Assembly (NCBI GenBank): GCA_036008345.1
Contig: DASYNU010000192.1
Coordinates: 5,800 to 69,799 of the forward strand
DNA from: Bryobacteraceae bacterium
GTDB lineage: Bacteria > Acidobacteriota > Terriglobia > Bryobacterales > Bryobacteraceae
DNA: 64,000 bases
Direction: 5' to 3'
Shown: in pieces, positions 30,896 through 40,500 of the stretch
How positions within the stretch are numbered: the first letter of the stretch is position 1
How the letters are laid out: each line of letters starts with the position of its first letter
Notes under the pieces: model-generated
The model's input: only the letters and a program-made list of their open reading frames with translations
Told to the model about the DNA's origin: nothing
Databases searched by the model: none
Translations under genes and position numbers: made by a program

Positions 30896-33658
30896 ATGCC
30901 GGCTGTTTCCCAGGAACGCTTCCAGCAATTGGCCGTTTGGTTTGAAGCAGCCCTGCGGATTCCACCGGGACCGGTGCGCGACGAGTACGTAACGCAGGTC
31001 TCAGCCGGAGACGAAACGGTGCGTGAGGCGCTGCTCCGCCTGCTGGAATCGGACACGGATGTGCAAGGCCGTGCGTCCAGTGCCCCGGCACGCCTGCCGC
31101 GATTCGGCTCCTATCAGGCGCGTGGATTGCTGGGCGTGGGTGGAATGGGCGCGGTGTATCGCGCGACGCGGGAAGACGGCGAACTGCGGCATGAAGTAGC
31201 CGTCAAGGTGGTGGCCGGAGTGATGTGGTCGCCAGTCCTCGACGAGCGCTTCCGGCGCGAACGGCAGATTCTCGCCGGATTGCAGCATCCCTACATCGCG
31301 CGGTTTTTGGATGGCGGCATCACCGGCGAGGGCGCACCGTATCTGGTGATGGAGTACGTAGAGGGGGAGCGCATCGATGCCTGGTGCGATCACCAGCGAC
31401 TGACCATCGATGCCAGGCTGGAGTTGTTCCTCAAAGTCGCCGAGGCTGTAAGCTATGCCCACCAGAAGCTGATCGTGCATCGCGACCTAAAACCCAGCAA
31501 CATTTTGGTAACGTGCGGCGGGGAACCGCGGCTACTGGATTTCGGCGTGGCTCGCACGTTGCAGCCAACCGCCGTGGGTGGCGATGGCCAGTCCACGCTG
31601 ACACCGGGACTTTTCGCCACCCCACTCTACGCCAGTCCCGAGCTGCTGCGCGGCGAAAATCCGGGCGTGGGCTGCGATGTATATTCGCTCGGAGTATTGC
31701 TGTATGAGATGTTGTGCGGCAGGCGGCCCTTCAGCGGCGCGAATCTGCCGCCGGCCGCAATCGTCGAGCAGGTGCTTTTCACAGATGCCCCGCCCCCTAG
31801 CGCTGCGGTGCCGGATAATCCTGGGATTGACCAAAGTGTTGGGCAAGGTGTTGCCGAAGCGCGTGGTGTGGATCACGCCCGGGCCCTGCGCCGGCAACTG
31901 CAAGGAGATCTGGATGCGATAACTGCAAAAGCTCTCGCAAAGTCTCCGGCAGATCGCTATGCTTCAGTGGAACAGTTTGCTGAGGACGTACGCCGATATC
32001 TTGCGGGATATCCGGTGCAGGCGTCGGCCGTGGGAGCGTGGCAGCGAACCAGAAAATTTGTGGCGCGAAACAAAGCTCGCGTTGCCGCCGTCGCCGCTAT
32101 CGTGCTCGCGCTCATCGCCGGATTAGTAGGGACGACATGGCAAGCGCGCGTGGCGCAACAGGAACGCGTGGCTTCCGACCGGCGCTTCAATCAAGCCCGG
32201 GAACTGGCGCGCTATCTGGTTTTCGAATTGCAGACTTCGGTGGGGGATTTGCCTGGCTCCACGCCCGTTCGTGCCGAGATGGTGAGCCGATCGCTCGAGT
32301 ATCTGGACCGGCTCTCGGCCGAAAGGTCCAACGACGAGAACCTGCGCGTGGAGTTGGCGCGCGGATATCTGCAGTTGGCCGACGTGCTAGGAAACCCGTT
32401 CTGGCCTAACATCGGCCAACCCGCGCGAGCCAAGGAGAGCTACCGAAAAGCCATCGCGATTTTGGCGCCGATCACGGCCAAATCCCCGGAGAATCGGGAC
32501 GCGCGTTTGTCCCTAGCAAGAGGCAAACTGTTTTTGGGCCAGAGTATTGGTTTTAGCGGCGGATCGGCGGAAGGGCGCGAACTGGTGCGCGTCGCTACCG
32601 AAGAATTCGGACAATTGGCCGCGCGCTGGCCCTCGGATTTCGCGACGCGCTCTTGGGCTGCCGTTGCTTATTCATCGTACGCCAAGAGCCTGAGCATTCA
32701 GCAAGGCTATGTAGCCACCAGCAATGCCGATCAGGCGCTGGCCGCGATTCACGAATCCACCGGGCATGCTCTAGCGGCGCTGCGGCTAAAGCCTGGCGAA
32801 TTGGTTACAGTCCGCCAGTTGAGTTCCAGCTACAAGACTATCGGCGACTTAACGGAATTGCATGACCGGCCAGGCGCCACCGAATATTTCCGGAAATCGC
32901 TGGCCGCCCTGGATCAACTCAGCCCACAGGATCGCGAGTCTGTGGTCGCGCTTGGAGCGCGCAGCTCGGCACTTCTCGGACTCGGCTGGAACCTGGGAAA
33001 CCTGGGAGATTATCCCGCGTCGCTTCGGTCTTTGGAAGAAGCGCGCCGGATTCGTGAGCGGATGTCCAATCAGGATCCCAAAAACGTTCAGGCGCTCTAC
33101 TTCCGAACCATTCCGTCGCGCAATCTGGCGATCATCCACGGATTTGCCGGCCACACCGCGGAGAGTCTCGCGAACTTCCTGGATACGGCCGCTATCTATG
33201 ACCGGCTGCTCGCTCGGAGCCCGTCCAATCCCACGTTTCGCTTTGGAAGGGCGGAAGTGCAATCCAGTGCCGCGAATCTCGCGATGAAGCTGGGGCGTAG
33301 CGTGGAAGCAGACCGTCTGGCGAACGCTGCTTTGCCGGTGTTGAAGCAAATCGCGGGCAGCCCGGATGGGAGCGATGTGGAGCTGGCGATTGCGGCGCGC
33401 AGCCTGCTTGAAACGGAAGTTCGAAGTTTACGCGATCCAAAACTCGCCCTGTCCTTCGCGCTAAAGTCCAGCCGGATGAATGGCAAGGAAGCCGAAATTC
33501 AAGAGATCCTGGCGGAGGCCTACTGGTTCAACCGCGATCGCGAGCACGCTGTTGAATCCATCCAGAAAGCGCTCGCGCTCATCGAGCAGACGCCAACGCC
33601 TGCTCGCCAGAACTTCGAGAAGACTCTTCGCAGGTATCAGACCGCCAAGCTCCCCTAG
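30896..33658 (+). CDS. Membrane Ser/Thr protein kinase with C-terminal TPR-like helical repeat domain
   Basis: ORF trimmed to the ATG at 30896 (MPAVSQERFQQL). Motifs GVGGMGAVYRA, HRDLKPSNIL, DFGVAR, SPELL. One TM (VAAVAAIVLALIAGLVGT), then about 500 aa of helical repeats. Confidence 0.9.
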   Translation: MPAVSQERFQQLAVWFEAALRIPPGPVRDEYVTQVSAGDETVREALLRLLESDTDVQGRASSAPARLPRFGSYQARGLLGVGGMGAVYRATREDGELRHEVAVKVVAGVMWSPVLDERFRRERQILAGLQHPYIARFLDGGITGEGAPYLVMEYVEGERIDAWCDHQRLTIDARLELFLKVAEAVSYAHQKLIVHRDLKPSNILVTCGGEPRLLDFGVARTLQPTAVGGDGQSTLTPGLFATPLYASPELLRGENPGVGCDVYSLGVLLYEMLCGRRPFSGANLPPAAIVEQVLFTDAPPPSAAVPDNPGIDQSVGQGVAEARGVDHARALRRQLQGDLDAITAKALAKSPADRYASVEQFAEDVRRYLAGYPVQASAVGAWQRTRKFVARNKARVAAVAAIVLALIAGLVGTTWQARVAQQERVASDRRFNQARELARYLVFELQTSVGDLPGSTPVRAEMVSRSLEYLDRLSAERSNDENLRVELARGYLQLADVLGNPFWPNIGQPARAKESYRKAIAILAPITAKSPENRDARLSLARGKLFLGQSIGFSGGSAEGRELVRVATEEFGQLAARWPSDFATRSWAAVAYSSYAKSLSIQQGYVATSNADQALAAIHESTGHALAALRLKPGELVTVRQLSSSYKTIGDLTELHDRPGATEYFRKSLAALDQLSPQDRESVVALGARSSALLGLGWNLGNLGDYPASLRSLEEARRIRERMSNQDPKNVQALYFRTIPSRNLAIIHGFAGHTAESLANFLDTAAIYDRLLARSPSNPTFRFGRAEVQSSAANLAMKLGRSVEADRLANAALPVLKQIAGSPDGSDVELAIAARSLLETEVRSLRDPKLALSFALKSSRMNGKEAEIQEILAEAYWFNRDREHAVESIQKALALIEQTPTPARQNFEKTLRRYQTAKLP

Positions 33659-33742
33659 TACTTTTTGCGCCATTCGCTGACGCCGAATCCGGAAGATTCG
33701 CGCCGTATCAGGTGAAACAAAAACTGTAGTTCGGAGGATTCA

Positions 33743-34855
33743 GTGCTTCAAAAAACTTGCCATCTCTTTCTTTCAGGCCTTCTATTCACGGCCTTACCAA
33801 TAGCTTCTCTGGCCGACTCGGTCACTGTGTTCTCCGGCGGATTTACGATTCCGGAATCAATCGTACCTGTCCCGCAAGGTTTTGGAACCGTGGGTGGCGA
33901 TCTCATGATTCCGGATAAGGGCCCGAACGCGCTGTATGTGCTCCCCGCGGGCGGCGGCGCGCCGGTCCTATTCGCGAATGGCGTGAGCGGTAACGGAGCC
34001 GCTTTCTTGCCTTCGAGCTTTGGCGCCTTCGGTGGGGATCTCCTGATCACCTCCACACCTAGCGGCGGCCCGGGAATTGTTGCGGTAAACGGGAGCGGCG
34101 GGCAGACCGTTGTGCCGGTTCCATCATCGGATTCCATAACCGGCGGCGTCGCCGTGGCACCGGCTGGATTCGGATCCGTCGCCGGCGATGCCTTGATCGG
34201 AGGCGAGAATGGTGCGGGCCTTGACAACGGCGAGGTCTTCGCTCTCAATCCGGACGGTACTGTTTCGAATTTCGCTTCGCTCGGCACGGGAGGTTCTGCC
34301 GGGTTTCTAGCGCCTTTTGCCGTAGGTTTTGCGCCTGTGGGTTTTGGATCGATTGGCGGGGACTTTTTGGTGGCCGACGGAGCCTCCGGAACTATGTACG
34401 CGGTTGACTCTTCAGGCAACGTCTCGGTATTTGCCAACGTGGCGGTCCCCACTCTGACTGGCGGTGCAGTCGCCGGACTGCGCCAGTTCGCTTTCGCTCC
34501 GGCGGGCTTTGGTAGCTATGGCGGCGATCTTTTTGTGTCCGTCTCCGGCAGCCAGTTCGGCGGCGGAACATCCGGCAGCGTGGATGTCCTGAACAGTTCG
34601 GGCGATCTGGTCGCGGTTCTGCTGCAAGGCGCGGTGGGCAGTCCTTTCGATCCACGCGGACTCTACTTCGCGAGCAATAGCCAGCTGCTGATTTCAGATA
34701 CCGACCCGAGTATTCTCTCAGCTCCGCCATCGGCTTTCACGGCTGCCACGCCTGAGCCATCCACTCTACTTCCACTCGCGCTTGGATTCGCCGGAGTTTT
34801 GGCCGCAGCCCGCCGCGCGCGGAAGTCGCAACTGGCGCTCGGGAGCAAAGTGTGA
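33743..34855 (+). CDS. PEP-CTERM sorting-domain protein with six internal propeller-like repeats (GFGxxGGDL motif)
   Basis: GTG start after GGAGG. Signal peptide. Repeats QGFGTVGGDLMI, SSFGAFGGDLLI, AGFGSVAGDALI, VGFGSIGGDFLV, AGFGSYGGDLFV. C-terminal TPEPSTLLPLALGFAGVLAAARRARK. Confidence 0.8.
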   Translation: MLQKTCHLFLSGLLFTALPIASLADSVTVFSGGFTIPESIVPVPQGFGTVGGDLMIPDKGPNALYVLPAGGGAPVLFANGVSGNGAAFLPSSFGAFGGDLLITSTPSGGPGIVAVNGSGGQTVVPVPSSDSITGGVAVAPAGFGSVAGDALIGGENGAGLDNGEVFALNPDGTVSNFASLGTGGSAGFLAPFAVGFAPVGFGSIGGDFLVADGASGTMYAVDSSGNVSVFANVAVPTLTGGAVAGLRQFAFAPAGFGSYGGDLFVSVSGSQFGGGTSGSVDVLNSSGDLVAVLLQGAVGSPFDPRGLYFASNSQLLISDTDPSILSAPPSAFTAATPEPSTLLPLALGFAGVLAAARRARKSQLALGSKV

Positions 34856-35652
34856 ACATAAATCGAATTATTTCGCTGGCCGCACTGGCGGCTGTATCCG
34901 TCGCGTTTCCAAGCTTCGCGAAGGCTGACACGTGCTCTAGCATTACTGATACCGGGCCGACGTGCTTTTATAGCAATTATGTGGTCTATCTTTACTACGG
35001 GGCATTAACGCTGGATGCCCCTAACGGCACTCCCATTTCGACCACGAACCTTGAAACTGTCGAAAGCGGTCTGGCCGATTTCCACAGTTCCACCGTACTG
35101 GATGCACCGACACCGCCCGGCTTCGTCGCACTGTTTCCCACGCTGGTGCCGCAGCTCCAGAGCGATCCGCAAACCACGTTTGCCAATATTCCCTCATGGG
35201 CGCTCACCAACCTGACCAATCTGGCGGACGCCAACGGCTTTGGTTTTGTCCAGGATCCGAGCGCCTTCCTCAATGAGCCCCCGGATCCGGCAGTGGTGTC
35301 GTTTGAATCGCAGCTAGCCAATGTCGGCGGCCCGTTTATCACGACATCCGACACTGGCTTTCAGACTCAACCATTCTCGCTGGCCGACTGCGAGTACACG
35401 AACCAGCAACTGGGAGTCACACTGCCCTGCCTTCCTGGACCGCCCGGCTCAAGTCAATATGTGTTCACCTACCAACTCGGACCGGATCTGAATAACGGCA
35501 ACACCTATACGGCCTTCGTGAATTTTCAGATTTACTCGCGTGACGTCACCGAGCAATTGCTCGCCACGCCCGAGCCTGGGATGGTTGTGCCGCTCGGTAT
35601 AGGAATCGTTGCCGTTGGCCTGCTAAGGCGCAGGCGCGCCAAGCGCGCTTGA
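34852..35652 (+). CDS. PEP-CTERM sorting-domain protein
   Basis: 266 aa. Signal peptide (LAALAAVSVAFPSFAKA). C-terminal TPEPGMVVPLGIGIVAVGLLRRRRAKRA. 4-nt overlap with the preceding gene. Confidence 0.8.
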   Translation: MNINRIISLAALAAVSVAFPSFAKADTCSSITDTGPTCFYSNYVVYLYYGALTLDAPNGTPISTTNLETVESGLADFHSSTVLDAPTPPGFVALFPTLVPQLQSDPQTTFANIPSWALTNLTNLADANGFGFVQDPSAFLNEPPDPAVVSFESQLANVGGPFITTSDTGFQTQPFSLADCEYTNQQLGVTLPCLPGPPGSSQYVFTYQLGPDLNNGNTYTAFVNFQIYSRDVTEQLLATPEPGMVVPLGIGIVAVGLLRRRRAKRA

Positions 35653-35664
35653 AGGTTCGCCGCT

Positions 35665-35909
35665 GTGGGGCAGGATGGTCTCCCAATGTCACTTAGTTTT
35701 CCCACCTCAGGGACTGGGCACCTCGTGGGGCAGGGCCATGCCCTGCCAGCCGGTTTTGATCCCGCTGCCGCAACCTGCGGAGGAGCCGGGGCTTACTGCG
35801 AACGGAAAGTAACTCGCCCAGGACCCGGCAGGGCATGGCCCTGCCCCACAGGCCCTCTAAGTTTCGATCCTGGGAAAGCTAAGTGGCATTGGGATGGTAT
35901 CCTGCAGCC
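35665..35909. repeat. Family C long MITE-like element (about 245 bp) with about 85-bp terminal inverted repeats containing the GTGGGGCAGGGCCATGCCCTGCC core
   Basis: Left arm ggggcaggatggtctcccaatgtcacttagttttcc ... gtggggcagggccatgccctgccag (core 35725-35749). Right arm ccggcagggcatggccctgccccac (35825-35849) ... ggaaagctaagtggcattgggatggtatcctgcagcc. The arms align as reverse complements. Confidence 0.85.
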
Positions 35910-35930
35910 TGTTGTTTGACCCGTTTTTTT

Positions 35931-35951
35931 GCGCCGATTGCCAATCGGCGC
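35931..35951. promoter_or_regulatory. 21-bp perfect palindrome GCGCCGATTG-C-CAATCGGCGC (candidate operator or hairpin)
   Basis: 10-bp arms around one central base, preceded by T7. About 320 bp upstream of the RND operon start, in a comparatively AT-rich region. Confidence 0.35.
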
Positions 35952-36267
35952 CCCACAAACTAATCTGAGCCCTCGCACCTTAACTCCTCCACCACGGATT
36001 AGCTCAAAAGAGCCAGTCTTCAGGCTCCTCGTCACGTCGGGTAACTAATGGGATGCTCTGAGCATCATTACATCGACGGGACAAGGGCGCCCGGTTTTGG
36101 ATCGTCCACTAACCTCCCCTCAGAATCCTCTTCAATGTTGTTGCTAGGATAAATTTGGCTCATGCCCTTTTCGACTAACCAACTAATCCCCAACCCCTGT
36201 AGAAGCATCCCCGGTCTCAAAACCGGAAAACAACGTCGCGGAAGTACCCTTAGATCGGGGAACTAAC

Positions 36268-37578
36268 ATGTCGGAAGAGCATCCTAAGCAGTCCACGCAG
36301 GCCGACAATCAGAACCGGCCTGGCGTCACCAAGCCTAAACGTTCGGCGGTCAAGCGAGTGATAGTGTGGCTCCTGATTCTGCTGGTTTTCGCTGGCCTTT
36401 TTGTAGTGGTTTTGCGCCAGAAGAGCACTCCCCTGGCAGCCGCGCAGTCAGGCGGCGGCCGGCGCGGCGCTGCGGGCGGCGGTGGCCCGGTTAGCGTGAT
36501 GCCGGCCACTGCGAAGAAAGGGGACATCGGCGTTTATCAGGAGGCAATCGGCACCGTTACGCCGGTCTACACCAGTTCCATCACCAGCCAGGTGACCGGG
36601 CTGATAGTCACCGTCCATTACACAGAAGGACAGATGGTCCACAAAGGCGACCCGCTGGTAGACATTGATGCGCGTCAATACGAGGCGAATGTGACGCAGG
36701 CCCAGGGAACCTTGGAGAAGGACACCCAGGTTCTGGGGCAGGCGAAGATGGACCTGGAGCGGTACCGCACCGCCTGGGCGAAAAACGCCATCGCCAAGCA
36801 GATCCTGGACGATCAGGAGAAGACCGTGTCCCAGGATGAGGGCACGGTCAAGGCGGATCAAGGCCAGTTGCAATTCGATCAAGTGCAACTCACCTATTGC
36901 CACATCACCGCGCCCTTCACCGGACGCGTCGGGCTGCGGCTGGTAGACCCCGGCAACCTGGCGCAAGCGAACAGCACCACGCCGCTGGTCGTGATCACTC
37001 AGGAACAGCCCATAACGGTGATTTTCACAATCGCCGAAGACGCTCTCGGCGATATTCAAATGCAGTACCGGCATGGCGCCACGTTGCGCGTGGACGCCTA
37101 CGATCGCACGGCGCAGACCAGAATTGCCACAGGCAAGCTGCTGACGATTGACAACCAGATCGACATCACCACCGGTACCGTCAAGCTGCGCGCCATCTTC
37201 GACAACAATAACTACGCGCTCTTTCCCAACCAGTTCGTGAACACGCGCTTGCTGGTAAAGACGCTCCACAATATGACCTTGATCCCCACTTCGGCCATCC
37301 AGCACAACGGCGAGGTGGCTTTCGTCTACCTGATTCAGAATGGGACGGCGCAGGTGCGCAACATTACGCCGGACGGGGCGGATGGAACAGTAACGTCGGT
37401 GGAAGGCATTAATCCGGGAGACGTGGTGGCTAACAGCAGCTTTGAGAAGTTGCAACCCAACTCTAAAGTTGTGATCGCCAAAGGCTCTCAGCCGGCCGGG
37501 CAGAGCGGAACTCAACCCACGGGAACTAAGCCCCCAGGAGCCAAGCCTGCGAAGACCGGTAACAAGGCCACGCCGTGA
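36268..37578 (+). CDS. mdtA: RND efflux periplasmic adaptor (MdtA/MuxA type)
   Basis: 436 aa. N-terminal TM anchor and HlyD/MFP-like lipoyl and beta-barrel segments (ARQYEANVTQAQGTLEKD ... YCHITAPFTGRVG). Stop overlaps the next start (GTGA). Confidence 0.85.
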   Translation: MSEEHPKQSTQADNQNRPGVTKPKRSAVKRVIVWLLILLVFAGLFVVVLRQKSTPLAAAQSGGGRRGAAGGGGPVSVMPATAKKGDIGVYQEAIGTVTPVYTSSITSQVTGLIVTVHYTEGQMVHKGDPLVDIDARQYEANVTQAQGTLEKDTQVLGQAKMDLERYRTAWAKNAIAKQILDDQEKTVSQDEGTVKADQGQLQFDQVQLTYCHITAPFTGRVGLRLVDPGNLAQANSTTPLVVITQEQPITVIFTIAEDALGDIQMQYRHGATLRVDAYDRTAQTRIATGKLLTIDNQIDITTGTVKLRAIFDNNNYALFPNQFVNTRLLVKTLHNMTLIPTSAIQHNGEVAFVYLIQNGTAQVRNITPDGADGTVTSVEGINPGDVVANSSFEKLQPNSKVVIAKGSQPAGQSGTQPTGTKPPGAKPAKTGNKATP

Positions 37579-40500
37579 GTCCATCGCGCCCATTCATCCT
37601 GCGGCCGGTTGCCACGTCGCTGCTGATGGCCGCGATTCTGCTGGTGGGGGTGGTCTCCTATACGCAGTTGCCGGTTTCTGCGTTGCCGCAGGTGGACTAC
37701 CCAACCATCCAGGTGCTCACGTTCTATCCAGGCGCATCGCCGGATGTGGTGGCCACTACCGTCACCGCGCCACTCGAACGGCAGTTCGGCCAAATGCAAG
37801 GGCTGACCCAGATGACTTCCACCAGCTCGGGCACGGTTTCGGTCATCGTTCTACAATTCAGCCTCAGCCTCAACATCGACGTCGCTGAGGAAGAAGTGCA
37901 ATCGGCCATCAACGCGTCGCAAAGCTTTTTGCCCAGCGTGCTGCCGGCGCCGCCCATCTATAGCAAGACGAATCCCGCGGACGTGCCGGTTCTTACCCTG
38001 GCAATTACCTCTGATTCCATGCCGCTTTCGAGTGTGGAGGATCTGGTGGACACGCGGCTTGCGCCGAAACTCTCGCAACTTAGTGGAGTGGGCCTCGTAA
38101 GCATCAGCGGCGGCCAGAAGCCGGCCGTGCGCATTCAGGCCAATCCCGCGGCTCTGGCCTCCTACGGCCTCACTTTGGAACAGCTTCGCACGGCGCTGAT
38201 CCAGACCAGCGTGAATGCGGCCAAGGGCAACTTCGACGGTCCACGGCAGGACTACCAGATTGACTCCAACGACCAGCTTCAACGCAGCGACGATTACCGG
38301 AGTGTAGTGGTGGCGTATCGCAACGGCGCGCCCGTGATGCTGCAGAATGTCGCGAAGATCGTGGACGGCGTCGAGAACAATAACCAGAAGGCGTGGATGA
38401 ACCAAACGCCGGCAGTCATCTTGAACATCCAGAGGCAGCCGGGCGCCAACACCATCAGCGTGGTCAAGAGCATCAAGGCGATCCTGCCGCAGTTGCAAGC
38501 CAATCTGCCGGCCGCCATCAAAGTCACGCAGATGACCGACCTCACCGTTCCCATCCAGGCGTCGGTGGAAGACGTGGAATTCGAGCTGGGGCTGACCGTG
38601 GTGCTGGTAGTCCTGGTGATCTTTATCTTCCTGCGAAGCATCCGCGCCACCGTGATTCCCGCCGTGGCCGTTCCCATATCGCTGGTCGGCACGATGGGCG
38701 CCATGTACCTGCTGGGCTACAGCCTGGACAATTTATCCATGATGGCGCTCACCATCGCCACCGGATTCGTGGTGGACGACGCCATCGTGATGATCGAAAA
38801 TATTTCGCGGTACCTGGAAGCGGGCGATCCGCCGATGGAGGCGGCGCTCAAGGGCGCCGAGCAGATCGGCTTCACCATCATGTCGCTGACTATTTCGCTG
38901 GTAGCCGTGCTCATTCCCCTGCTGTTCATGGGCGACGTAGTGGGCAGGCTCTTCCGCGAATTCGCCGTGACGCTGGCCGTCACTATCGTCATCTCCGCCG
39001 TGGTCTCGCTCACCCTGACGCCGATGATGTGCGCGCGCACCCTGCACCACGATCCGAAGGAACAGCAGACGCGTTTCTATCGCGTTTCCGAGCGCGCCTT
39101 TGAGAGCATGATCGCCTTCTACGGGCGGACGCTGAAGTTCGTCCTCCGCTTCCAGACCATCACGTTGCTGGTGGCCTTGGCCACGCTCGTACTCACCATT
39201 TACCTGTACATCATCGTCCCCAAGGGATTCTTTCCCGTGCAGGACACCGGCGTAATACAGGGCATTTCACAGGCGCCGCAGACCATCTCGTTTGGAGCCA
39301 TGGCGCAGGAGCATGAGGAGCTGACGAAGGTGATCCTGGCCGATCCCGCGGTCCAGAGCCTGACCTCGTTCATCGGAGCCGATGGCACCAACACCACACT
39401 CAATAGCGGACGTTTCTCTATAAATCTGAAGCCGCTTTCGGATCGCGACCTGAACGCCTCGGACGTCATCCGCCGGCTGCAAGGCAAGTTGCAAAGCGTC
39501 AAGGGGATTCAGCTCTTCATGCAGCCGGTGCAGAACATTACCGTGGACGACCGCGCGAGCCGCACCCAGTATCAATACACTTTGGAAGACCCCTCCTCGG
39601 ACGAGCTGCAACTTTGGACCAACCGCTTCGTGGAACAGCTGAAGAAAGTAAAGGATATCGAGGACGTTGCCACCGACCAGCAGACCAACGGCCTGGCCGT
39701 TTCACTGGTGATCGACCGCGTCACAGCCTCGCGGCTGGGCATCGCGCCTTCCACTGTCGACAACACGCTGTACGACGCCTACGGACAGCGGCAGATCAAC
39801 ACCATGTATACGCAGCTGAACCAATACCACGTGATTCTGGAGACGCTGCCGGAGTTCCAGAAGGATCCGAGCAAGCTGGCGAGCCTATACATCCAGGCCA
39901 ATGCGTCGTCGGGAACATCCGGTCCGGGTGCATCCACCAGCTTCTCCAGCTCGAGCTCTTCCTCCGCCGGCTCCAATGCCGTCACCCAGAGCGCCGCGTA
40001 CACACCCTCTCCGTCGGTGCTGACCGCGCCTACGAACGCGTTGAGTCCGACCTCCACCACTTCGAATCTGACCACCAGTTCTACTCCGGCCAACGCCATA
40101 CCACTGAGCGCCTTCACGCATTACGAACGCGTCAACTCGCCGCTTTCCATCAATCACCAGGGACAGTTTCCCGCCGTGACCGTATCCTTCAACTTGTCGC
40201 CGGGCGCGTCGCTGGGCAGCGCGATTTCTTCCATCGACAATTTGCAAAAAGAGATGAACATGCCCGCCAGCCTGCAGGCTGCGTTCCAGGGCACGGCGGC
40301 CGCGTTCAAGAACTCGCTGTCCAATGAAGCCCTGCTGATCCTGGCCGCGCTGGTTACGGTTTACATCGTGTTGGGCGTGCTGTATGAGAGCTTCATTCAC
40401 CCGGTTACAATTCTTTCCACGCTGCCGTCGGCCGGCGTGGGCGCGCTGCTGGCGCTCATGCTCTTCAAGCAAGATCTCAGCGTGGTGGCCATCATCGGAA

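Noticed and set aside
35665-36035. ORFs 35665..35919 (plus-strand) and 35793..36035 (minus-strand)
   Set aside because: They lie entirely within the family C inverted repeat. The same peptide strings (GQGHALP) recur wherever the repeat occurs, in whichever frame it falls.
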